Assembly (NCBI GenBank): GCA_045837725.1
Contig: JBEWZL010000276.1
Location: 124,001 to 188,000 of the forward strand
Direction of reading: 5' to 3'
DNA: 64,000 nucleotides
Source of the DNA: Vermamoeba vermiformis
Lineage: Eukaryota
Shown: positions 53,489 through 64,000 of the stretch, piece by piece
Numbering within the stretch: position 1 is the stretch's first letter
Layout: every line of letters begins with the position of its first letter
Translations under genes and position numbers: made by a program
The notes under the pieces: model-generated
Seen by the model: only the letters and a program-made list of their open reading frames with translations
The model's database searches: none
What the model was told of the DNA's origin: nothing

Positions 53489-56443
53489 ATGGAGAAACGT
53501 AAAAGAGATTCGTTGGATTCTGACGGAACCTCCCCAAAAAGATTTAAAAATGGTCCAACCGTTTGGTAAAATTTAAATATTAATCCTCCTTTCTCATAAA
53601 AGTCAGATTTTCAATTTTTATTAGTCAATCCGAAAACGAAGTCTACGCAATGCTCAGATCCAAGAAAGCTTTTGTATTCACTGCTAATGTGGACAGCTTT
53701 ACGTTGCCACAAGACTGTGGTAAGTATTTACATCAATTATTTTGCCTCAATACTGAAATTTTTAGCGACGCTGGAGCATCTGAAGCGCCTGACAAGAGCT
53801 TTGCTCGATGAGGGGAACCAATTGCAACAATTCAACATCATACGTAAGATGAAGGCTCTTATTCATAGTATATTAACCTTGTGTCAGATGGATCAGAAAT
53901 ACTGTCGTACGATCGTGTTGCATCCATACTTCAAAGCCTCAAAAATTGCTCAACTCTCAAATCATTAGTGATATCAAGTATGCACTATTTATACAGGCCT
54001 TCATTGCTAACCAAATAGATGTTGACATAAAGTTTACGGAACTCGTGCCACTATTGAAGAAGAAGACCCTGCGCATACTCGCTGTCACTTCCCCTAGTGC
54101 GTTAATGTTCATTTGCTTACTTACGACTAAAATTAAATACAGGTCGGAGACATACAATAATGAACAACAAAATAAGTGACATCGCGAACGACATTATTGC
54201 ATGCACCAGCTTGAAATCTGTTGACTTCTCTGGTAAGCTCTAATTACTACGAAGCATTTATAAATCCATTATTAGGCAATTTATTTGAATCCCTGGAGGG
54301 CATTGATAAAGTAATCACTCAGCACAAGTATCTTCGCAGTGTGAAGCTTTCGGGATGTGAGTTGGGACAAGAGACCATGGCTGCTATTGCTGCATTTGTC
54401 CAATCAACCAAAACACTAACTACACTCGATCTATCAGGTATGTTAATAGATTTCTGTTGTGTGCTAACTTTGTCAGAAACCAATCTGACCGATGACAACT
54501 TAATGAAACTGGCCCAGTCTTTGGAGAAAAACAAAACTCTAACTTCACTTAATATAAATCAAAGTAAGTTGTTTTTAAGTTATGAGGTTAATAACACTTG
54601 TAGCTACTATTGCTTCCTGCCAAAACAAAAGGCTATGCGGCAATGCAATTGTGAACATGTTACAGTGCAATAACACGCTAACCACATTAAAAATGCGTGA
54701 AATTCCACTTGTTGAACATGAAGTTGCTATTTTGAAAGCGCTGCAGAATTCTGATGTAATTCAGGAATTGGGAATGACAAGCACGTAACAATGATATTTG
54801 TTTTATTAATGCTAATACTGGTTGTAGTTCGAACTAACGGTGGAACTGATCAACTGGGAATAATGCTGCAACATATTACAGCCTTGTCCAAATTAGATGT
54901 TAATTGTAAGTGGTTGAATGGAATGTTTCCTTATTAAGGTTTTTTTCAGTGCCTAATTTAATGAGTTTCAGTCTTGCTAAACTTGCCACTGGAATAACAA
55001 ATAATACCACTCTAAAACATCTTGCATTCAGTAGTAAGTTGAATTACAAACCAATGTTACACAGTAACACATTATAGTACTAACCTTTCAATAGGTAGAT
55101 GTTGGCAGTTTGATTCCAACAAATTGTCTCTTTTAGGGAGTGCCTTTGAGAGCAACAGAACATTGCTTTCAATTGAGCTAGCTATCCCTGATTACAAAAC
55201 TAAGGCCTGTGCAAAGCAAGTCACTATGAGAAACAATGCAATTGTTACATTCGATCGTACATTGATCAAGGCCTTTATAGACAACAAAGACTGGGATGGC
55301 ATGTGGAACTTTGTCAAGCAAAATCTTGCAAATGATTTTTTGTTTGAAGATCTCATAGACAAAAACCATTACAACCTTGATGACTATGAAGAGATTTTAT
55401 CCAAATATTTAAAACAATCAGCAGCTTATCATAAAGAACAGCTATCAAAAAAGAAGCAGTTGGACAAAGATATCTGTGATAATAACAAGACTATTGAAAA
55501 AACTCACACCAAAATTGTGGAAGCTGAGCGAATAATAGAGGAATCTAAGGCCCTGATGAAAGAAGCAAGATCTAAACTGGGGGGGCTTTCTGAAGATCTA
55601 CACAAGGTTGAACAGCACATCAAAGTAGAAAGCTATTCGCAAGAGAGAATGGAAGCAGAGCACAAAAGAGTTAAGGAGCAGACGAAAGGTCTTGCCAAGC
55701 AATTCAAACGCCCTGTAGAGACATGGTCATTGGATGAAGTCATAATCTTTATTCGAGACCTACAATTACACATGCATATTGAAAAGTTCACTGAAAATGA
55801 GATCAAAGGTGATGTGCTTGTGAACCTGACCACACTAGATTTTCACCAGCTGGGCATGGGCTTCAAGGAGATCAAGTCACTGATGAGCTCAATTTTTGAG
55901 TTGAAGCACTTCAAGTCTCTCAGTGATATTCCAGATGGCATTCTCTACTGGACCAACAAACAAGTCCTGAACTGGCTTGAGGTGAACAAGTTTCAACACT
56001 TAGTGAATCAGTTCCAAAATTGCAAAGTACGTAGAGCTTTAGTTGTTGTGATTAACTAATTGCTGAGTTAGATTACGGGAGAGGATTTGGTTGTGCTTGA
56101 TAACTACGATCTGACACATTGGCTCAAGATTGAGACAATTGCAGACAGAACGGCGCTTGAAGCTGCTATCAAGAGGTTGAGAGCAGAGCTTGAATCACTT
56201 GCCAACAATGACACTGCCCAGAAGAAGATACCCAAGCAGTTCTTGTGTCCCATCACACACGAGATTATGAAAGATCCAGTCTCAACTATTGATGGTCACA
56301 CGTATGAACAGGCAGCGATTGAGTCTTGGCTCAAAAAGAAGAGTACCTCTCCGTTGACTAACGAGACACTCGCGAGCAAGCAATTGATCCCCAATCATCA
56401 ATTGAAGAGCTTGATTGCTGAATTCCTCGGCGAAGCTGGCTAA
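53489..56443 (+). CDS. LRR (RNI-like) - coiled coil - SAM - SAM - U-box protein, copy 1
   Basis: N-terminal basic NLS-like motif; LTTLDLS/NKTLTSLNI/NRTLLSI LRRs in short exons; SAMs (WSLDEV..F.ENEIKGDVL, WTNKQVLNWL); U-box FLCPITHEIMKDPVSTIDGHTYEQAAIESWL..SPLTN..LIPN. Confidence 0.88.
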
Positions 56444-56646
56444 AAATATTAGGCAGATCTGCAAAGTTCTCAGAACAGTTACCAAGATGAGCGTTATGAT
56501 TGTGTAACGTAGTAGAGTTATTATGAGCTTATTTCTGCATAACAATAAAGCGATTACAATTTTTGTCAGAGCTTCGATGTGAGCAGCAATTATTATTGCT
56601 TTAATTGTTAAAACAACATCGATGATAAAAGTTAGGTATAGGAGCA

Positions 56647-59594
56647 ATGGAAACACGCAAAAGAGTGAGGATTGATGTGGAAACATTGTCGTCCGACGAC
56701 GAGACGCCAGCAAAACGATACAAAAAAAGTCCAAATAAAAGGTAAATATGAATTTTACAATAATAACAACATATCACGCTTCAATTTTTTTTTTAGCGCA
56801 TCTGAAGAAGACGCAATTAAATTGCTAAGATCCAAGAAGGTTTTTGTATTTGATCCAAATATTTATAGCTTCACTCTACCGCAAGATTGTTGTATGTCTT
56901 ATAATGTATAATAATTAATTCTTATTACGGATCGAGGTACGCTTGAACACATAAAACGCTTGAATAGAGCCCTATCGGACCAAGGCAATCAGTTAAAAAC
57001 CTTTAATATGACACGTGAGTATCGAGATTAATATGTAATGCTCTAACTCAATCGCAGCGATGTCTGAACTGATGTCTTTCGAGCGGGTCGGATCTGTCCT
57101 TCATAACTTCAGTAATAATGAAACTTTAACGGCCTTGACCTTTAAACGTAAATTTAGCAATATAATAATCGCAACACTTTCCGGTTTAACTTCTACAAGC
57201 ATAGATGTGTCTCTGAACCTCACTGATCTAGGTCCACTTTTGAAAAAGAAGCGTCTTCAATCGCTTACTATATCCAAAATGTGTACGTGGTTCATAATAG
57301 TAATATATTTGGCACTAACGTTGACCAATAGTCGAGCTTCGTTCTTCGATCGAGCACATTATCGACGATCTGATTGGCTGCACGAGCTTGACGCATTTAA
57401 ATTTGTCTTGTAAGCTTCAATAATAATACAGAGCTATTATTCATATATGAATATAGATAATAAGCACCTCGCGGGTATTTATCAAGTGATCGCAAAACAC
57501 CAGCACCTCCAATCCTTGATACTGTCTCAAAACAACTTGCGCAAGGCTATACCTGTATTAACCACAGCTATTTGCCTTAGCACTAGTCTCACTCGTTTAG
57601 AATTAGCAAGTAAGTCTTGTTCGTGAATGAAAATGGAGCTCATTCTCTTGCAGACACGGATCTAACAGACGAAAATGCAATTCAATTGGCAAAGGTGCTC
57701 GAGAATAATCAAACAATCACATATCTCGATATATCTGGTACGCGAGATGAAATTGCAAGCATCGTAATAACATGTTCTAGATAATTCTTTTCTGTCTGAT
57801 CCCGGGTTCAAGGCCATCATTAAAATGCTAGGAATTAATAGAAGAATAACAACGCTGAATATCAAGGGCATGCATTTTAACACTAATGAACTCGCACTTT
57901 TCCAGGCACTCGATAAGTCTAACATCGTTCAATGTCTAACGGTGTCAAGTACGTCAATTAATGCCTACGAGACGTAACTCACCTGGAGCGCAGTTAAAAC
58001 TAGAGAGGCTGTTACTCAATTGGGCATTTCGTTGGAACATTGGTCCGCGTTATCTGACTTGACGATAAGTTGTAAGTCGGTTTTTAGATGATAAGATGGG
58101 ACTTACTAATTATAATAGGCAACGAACTTGGATCGGTCAGCACATTCTTAGACGGCATCAAAAAGAACACGACGTTGAAGCACCTTGGAATGTGTAAGTC
58201 ATACATATTTTTCTATTGACCTTCGATGCTGACCGCTGATGACAGTTGTATCATGGCCCAACTCTGAGGAAGGCATAGCAACTATAAAGAAAGCGTTCGA
58301 AAGCAATAGAACGTTACGCACAATCAAGAGCTCTTACCACGCCACATTGAACCAATTTTTCGAGCAAATCGCGAAACGAAACTGTGCTGCCGCCGAAGAA
58401 CGCGATCACAAGACCATCAAATCTTACGTCGATGAAAAAGATTGGCAAGGAATGTGGGAATTCATTCGAGCGAATATGAAGAAAGGAATAATGTTCGAAG
58501 ATTTGATCAACGAAGATGATTATACGCCTGCCGTTTATGCACAGGTGCTGGATATTTACCTGACAGAGTCTTGTGACTATCACGTGTTGCAAGAATTAGA
58601 CGAAGAGGTATTGAGGGACGAAATACGCCGCTGCAAAACAAAAGCTGCAACTCTACAGAAAAAAATTGAAGTCAGCGCAACGCAAACTTGATGCAGCAAA
58701 AGAAGAATTAAAATCGGCGAACGACGAGCTTGCCACACACAAGTCTAATCGCAAAAAGATTCAAACCGAGATGCAACTCGAGATTCGATCGCGTGCCAAG
58801 GCAGAAGATGCGTGTCGAAAAGTGAAAGAAACGATCGAAGCCTTTTCAGCACAGTGCAATCGTCACGTGATGTCGTGGACACTCGATGAAGTCATGAAAT
58901 TACTTCGATATCTCAAACTGTACCCGTACACTAGTGTGTTCGCAGACAATCTCATCGCGGGAGATGTGCTAGTCAAGCTCACCAGCCCCGACCTCCATCA
59001 GCTCGGCTTGACCTTCATGGAGACCAAGTCGATCATGAGTGCCTTGTACAAGCTCAAGCACATGAAATCTTTGACCAAAGTACCCGAGAACAGCGCTTTA
59101 CGATGGACGAACAGTCAAGTCATCGAGTGGCTCAAAAAGAATGCATTAGGACACTTGGCCGAGTTGTTCCGTGGCACTGGCGTAAGTCACTGGGCCTAAA
59201 TTACGATCTTTATTAATTGTTTTAAAGATCACGGGCAACGAGTTAGTAGTGCTGGATAACTATGACTTTGTTCACTGGCTGCAACTCAAATCTATCGCTG
59301 ACAAAACCACGCTTGAAGCAGCCATTCAGAAGCTCAGGGAAGAGTTTGAAGGGCCGGACAACAATGACACTTGCCAAGAAGAAAGCACTCAAACAGTTCT
59401 TGTGCCCCATCACGCACGAGATTATGAAAGATCCGGTCTCGACTATTGACGGTCACACGTATGAACGGGCAGCGATTGAGTCGTGGCTCAAAAACCATGA
59501 CACATCGCCGTTGACCAATGAAAAGCTGGCGAGCAAGATATTGATTCCAAATCACCAATTGAAGAGCTTGATTGCTGAATTTGCGAAGGAATAA
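56647..59594 (+). CDS. LRR - coiled coil - SAM - SAM - U-box protein, copy 2 (two +1 frame breaks; error or pseudogene)
   Basis: Same exon layout as copy 1; extra base at ~58670 and ~59371 relative to copy 1; intact U-box motif. Confidence 0.8.
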
Positions 59595-59680
59595 TAAGAC
59601 TTGCACGATCAATACGGTAATTGTTTATAAAAATACAAATGAAATGACATGATAGGACCGGATCCGAGCCGTCATGTTTC

Positions 59681-60465
59681 TTATTCAACGATCGTTTGAG
59701 ATCTGAACCTGTGAGCAAACTCTTCTCTCTGCACAGCGTGTTTAGGCAGCTTCACGCGAATATTGTTCAACGTGTAGCGCGAGTCAATGGAGCCTAGAAA
59801 ATTAATTGATCAGATCCCGGTCTCCCTCGTTCAGTGAATGCGTAGAATATGTAAGTTACGAATCAAGATATAGGATTAAATAGAATGGCACGAGCGAGGT
59901 TTACCTCTGATGGGTCCAAACTCAAAGGAAATTTCATAAAATACATTGAACTCTTTCGCGACCGAACATATCTTAGCCGCGAAGAATTCGCCATCATAAG
60001 AAGCTCTTTGATGAGGCTTTAACGTCACTATATAATTGCCGGTCCATCTGCTCAATAAGGAGCGATACTCGGTGAACGATCCGTGCCACGAGATGCCGAC
60101 ATCGCTTTCCCAGTTTCTAGATAAGAATGTAAGTATTCAGCGATACAATTTAACATATATTATATTGACTGTCATGAACTTAAACAGGTTAGGTAACTGA
60201 GATTGCAGATCTGAAATCGGATCCCGCGTTTTTGGACCGTTAATGAAACCCAGAATGTTTAAGCTAGTATTCATAATACTTACTTTGGGATACGATTTAG
60301 CGATCTGATCAAGTATAGCTCACTAAAGAATCCATTTTCAATCCAGCAGCTCATCCGATCGAGTGACACGAACGTGTTGGAATGAAGCTTGACGGAGGGA
60401 GCCTTCTGTAAGTCTTCTAGTGTTGACTTTCCAATAGTGCATCCGAACAACGGAAATAGCTTCAT
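59681..60465 (-). CDS. Hypothetical protein, multi-exon, 5' end uncertain
   Basis: Exons MKLFPLFGCTIGKSTLEDL.., NWESDVGISWHGSFTEY.., SIDSRYTLNNIRV..* linked by GT-AG introns. Confidence 0.55.
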
Positions 60466-60772
60466 GCAATCTGCAACGAAAATTAGTCAAATTTCAAATC
60501 CGGATCAAGTTTCCATCAAGATTTCGTCTCACCAAACTTCTAAAATATCTCTACGTTTTTATTTGCACTTACTGCAGTGATAGAAGGTTATGTGTTTGTG
60601 GGTTTTTTTTTTTGGTTTTTTTTTTTTTTTTTTTTTTTTATTTTGCCTGTGTTTACAAATCGGATTCGCTAGTGACGAGGGAATTCGCCGTGATCTGCTT
60701 TGGGCAGAAATCATGAAACGGTGTGAACGTTCAAATGAAAATTTATTTCAGTTGAAGACAACACCATTGTAA

Positions 60773-61786
60773 ATGTACTCTACATTCGCCAAAAGTTGGG
60801 TAGATTCAGTCTCTAAGACGGCTGCAGCTCCTTTTGAACGGATTAAGATCTTGCTTCAAGTTCAGGTAAATTTTAATTACTTGACCGGTCAAGAATTTTT
60901 TAAAACTGATCAAATATTTTCGCTATGTCGTTGGATTATAATAACGATTTTAAAATATTTTTAAGCATTAATCCGAAAATTCTTCAGGCTGAACTGGTAA
61001 AATCTGGTCGTCTAGATAAGCCTTATAATGGAGCAATTGATTGTTTGCGACGCACAGTTAAAGAAGAAGGAATAGCATCGCTATGGAACGGGTTGCTCCC
61101 GCAGATGTTGCGCTTTCTAATCACCGACAGCTTCAACCAATACCTCACCGCCTATTCCAAGAAATTAATTCCTGTTGCTAATCCAGCAGATAATTATTGG
61201 GGATGGTTCCTTGGCTCACTTTTTTCTGGATCATTATCGGGCGCGATGTCGTTACTTTTCGTCTATCCGCTCGATTATGCCACCACTCGATTGAACGCGG
61301 ACATTATCCAATCAAACAAGGGCGGCACTCGTCAATATTCAGGCGTACAAGATCTGATTACGAAGACTATAGCTACTGATGGCATTGCTGGACTTTACCA
61401 GGGTTACGCAGTGACATGTTTGGGAATCATCGCCTATCGCGCGATTTATTTTGGTCTGTACGACTACGCTGAGGCCTTTACTGCCCAAAAAACAAAAGAA
61501 ACCGTCGTTCTGGACTTCATTCTTGCTTGGCTGGGGAGTCACGGTGGCAGCTGGTCTCGTGACCTATCCCTTGGACACCATCCGAAGACGTCAAATGATG
61601 ACTTGTGGCGAATCATTCAAATACAGCAGTTCTTGGAACGCGTTCACTGAAATCGTGACGAAAGAAGGCGTGACTGCGCTGTTCAACGGAGCTTTGATGA
61701 ACATTGTCAGATCCATCGTTGCCGCTACGACATTGACTCTTTGTGATACAATCGCTCCGCCGCCAAAGGCCAATCAAAAACATTAG
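60773..61786 (+). CDS. Mitochondrial ADP/ATP carrier (divergent; one +1 frame break at ~61464)
   Basis: SKTAAAPFERIKILLQ, LLFVYPLDYATTRL, GIIAYRAIYFGLYD, SFLLGWGVT, YPLDTIRRRQMM; intron 60866-60987. Confidence 0.88.
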
Positions 61787-61903
61787 GCCGTCTAAAAATA
61801 CTTGTTATGGACCAACTAGCAACTCCCGTTAATAATCACGTGGCACTACGTTTATTTATTTTTTTATCCACACCACTCCTTGTTTTAATAAATATGCCCG
61901 TTA

Positions 61904-62717
61904 TTAATTGCCCAAGGTCATCCATAAGTGATTCGCGTTGTTGTTATTACTGTTCGCAGGCTTCGGCGTAGCACATTTGTAGCACGCTGCTCGTGAGGCG
62001 AAATTCATTGCCCCACAATCGCAGTGCCAATCGCCCGGTTTGAAATTAGTACTGCTGTTGACTACTTGACTCGCCATATTGTTGTTACTGGATACATTTT
62101 CTTCGCGAATCACATCGGAGTTCGATATGATCGCCGGTTGATTGGCGTTTGAACTGGGCTTTGCTGTACCGCACTTCCTGCACTTCTGAGAATAATTGGC
62201 AAGTTAGAATGGTAACGGTACTATTGTAAGTGCTTACTGTCTTTAGAAGCAAATACTAATCCATTACATCCCGGACAGTACCAATCGCCAGGTTTTTGGT
62301 TTGATGAAGCCTGGATCCAATAATCGTAAATACTTATTTCTTTTGAAATTCGAAAGTGTTTACCTGTCGTCTATTTGCTAAGCCACTTTTGTAAGTACCA
62401 CATTTGCATCCTGGTGATATTTAGTTAAAAAATCTTTTTAGATCTTTGTCAACTCACGATCTTTTGAGGCGAACACCAATCCGTTACAACCAGGACACTT
62501 CCAATCGCCTCCGTTCTTTCTTTTAGACGATCCGCGTTTGTATCCACACCTGCATACTGTAAACTAATGAATGAGATCAAGTCGCGGAGTTCGCTTCGAA
62601 TCTTACAAGACGGATCTTTTAATTAAAAGTCGACTCACCTCCCTTTGACGCGAAAACCTTGCCTTTGCAGCTAGGACAATACCAGTCCCTAACCTCAGGT
62701 ACGTGTCTCGAAGACAT
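61904..62717 (-). CDS. RanBP2-type zinc finger protein (4 fingers)
   Basis: DWYCPSCKGKVFASK, GDWKCPGCNGLVFASKD, PGDWYCPGCNGLVFASKD, PGDWHCDCGAMNFASRAACYKCATPKP. Confidence 0.88.
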
Positions 62718-63202
62718 ATATCTTGTTGGAGTAGATCTCTTGGTTAATACGGAGAAACGAAAGTAATTGAATAGTTCGCCTTTATGCCAGCGAAACCCTG
62801 GATTATTCGCATAATTTTACGAGTCCCTTACAATTGATTGGCCAATTATTTTTAGAAATGTCCCGGGACCGAAAGTACACAAAATTTGTACGACAGAAGA
62901 TCAGAGAAATGTACAACGTTTATGAAACAAATATTACAAGGGTTGTAGTACATGCATATTCACATATTGATTGGTAATGTCGTTTGGATGTGGGTGATAT
63001 CTTCGTGAAGTGTGGTGGGAGTGAGTTAGATGTGGGGTGTAGTTCTGTACATTCTTGTTCGTGTCTTATTTACAGTTGTGGGTTGTTTGTTTTTGTTTTC
63101 GCTACAATTAGTGCCGCTGCTTAATTCGACACTAATAGCGCTAATAAATATCGTATGGTGTTAGAGTATTAAATAAATAGCCGTCATGCGCCCTTCGTGT
63201 CG

Positions 63203-64000
63203 TTAATACAAAGGGAACAAATTGACGTTGTTGCGGTTCGTGCCAAGTGGACCAGGGCCAGTGGGACCTTTGTCTTGCTTGCTGAACGGTTGATCGTACA
63301 TGTATTCTATCTTCTCAAAGTCCACGTCGCTGTCATCGTCCTCCAGACTCGCAAAACTGTCGCCGCTGCTGTTCAGATTGTGCGGCACTGGCAGTGCCGG
63401 GTGCACTTGTGCTGGTGTTGTGAACATGCGCTCGACGATCAGATCCGACAACGAGCCAATCTCGCGCGGTGTGGTCAACGAGCCAGTTGTGTCTGAGGAG
63501 TCCGCGAGAGCTGTCAACTGCGTCATCTTCGCGTTGTTGTTTTGTGACGTGACAAGTGACGCTGGTCCGCCGCCAGTGATGCTCGACATGAGCTGCGAGT
63601 TGGTGTTGTTTGACGCGATCAACATGCCCGTGGGACTGTCACTCGCGTTACTCGCAGTCAAGTCTTGCTTTGAACGCATCAGTCGCAACGAAGCATCGCT
63701 CACGTCGAGTTTGATGCCGTCATTGCTCGACTTGATCGGGAACGGCTTCAAAATCTTGTCGTTGTTCGCTTGCGAGGCGTCACAGCGCAGCTGGTCCGCT
63801 GGTCCCTCGTTACTTGCCACTGACGCGGACCGAGTCAACGTTCGGTCAATGTGCTGCGTCGACGAGCGAGACATTTCGCCTACGTCAGGCAGCAGTGTGG
63901 TCAATGTGTCAGGCACGATTTTGAGCTGTGGAGGTGGTTCGACTAATTGCGGGCACAACGAGCTCGGCAAATATTGGCCCCAGAACTGGTAGAAATGTTC
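63203..64000 (-). CDS. 3' end of a hypothetical Ser/Thr-rich protein, runs off the window
   Basis: 255+ codon open frame, low complexity, followed by AT-rich 3' region; no family recognised. Confidence 0.6.
   Translation of the reverse strand, partial: EHFYQFWGQYLPSSLCPQLVEPPPQLKIVPDTLTTLLPDVGEMSRSSTQHIDRTLTRSASVASNEGPADQLRCDASQANNDKILKPFPIKSSNDGIKLDVSDASLRLMRSKQDLTASNASDSPTGMLIASNNTNSQLMSSITGGGPASLVTSQNNNAKMTQLTALADSSDTTGSLTTPREIGSLSDLIVERMFTTPAQVHPALPVPHNLNSSGDSFASLEDDDSDVDFEKIEYMYDQPFSKQDKGPTGPGPLGTNRNNVNLFPLY

Noticed and set aside
60603-60645. Long poly-T tract as a retroposon tail
   Set aside because: No adjacent element body or target-site duplication seen; treated as intergenic homopolymer
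63300-63992. 230-aa plus-strand ORF
   Set aside because: Antisense to the minus-strand CDS, which has the more protein-like composition and a 3' AT-rich region
1-64000. CRISPR arrays, transposases, reverse transcriptases, viral genes
   Set aside because: No repeat-spacer array or diagnostic motifs recognised by eye

Overview
Gene-dense eukaryotic (protist, probably amoebozoan by inference) nuclear DNA with many ~45-110 nt spliceosomal introns, so the ORF track fragments most genes; gene models below were spliced by eye. Housekeeping genes: SAC3/GANP, SCC3/STAG cohesin, CBS-domain protein, MIOS/SEA4, 6-phosphofructokinase, eIF3i, phytol/farnesol kinase, NUDT19-like Nudix (ends SKL), beta-lactamase-family hydrolase, divergent ADP/ATP carrier, RanBP2 zinc-finger protein, TmpA-like oxidoreductase, tRNA-Val(AAC), tRNA-Ile(AAT). 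Most notable: (1) a 25-42.4 kb island with three Kelch-propeller/Ig/TM/TKL receptor kinases of Entamoeba-TMK type, two of which have near-identical signalling halves but strongly diverged propellers, plus a pseudokinase-kinase gene and a GPI-type Cys-rich protein; (2) an intact 5S rRNA gene nested in a PFK intron; (3) two U12-type minor introns (GANP, eIF3i); (4) a tandem pair of NLS-LRR-coiled-coil-SAM-SAM-U-box genes; (5) a catalytically degenerate stand-alone ABCG ATPase domain; (6) several single-base frame breaks that are most likely sequencing errors. No CRISPR or recognisable transposon seen. All family assignments are from motif recognition, not database searches.
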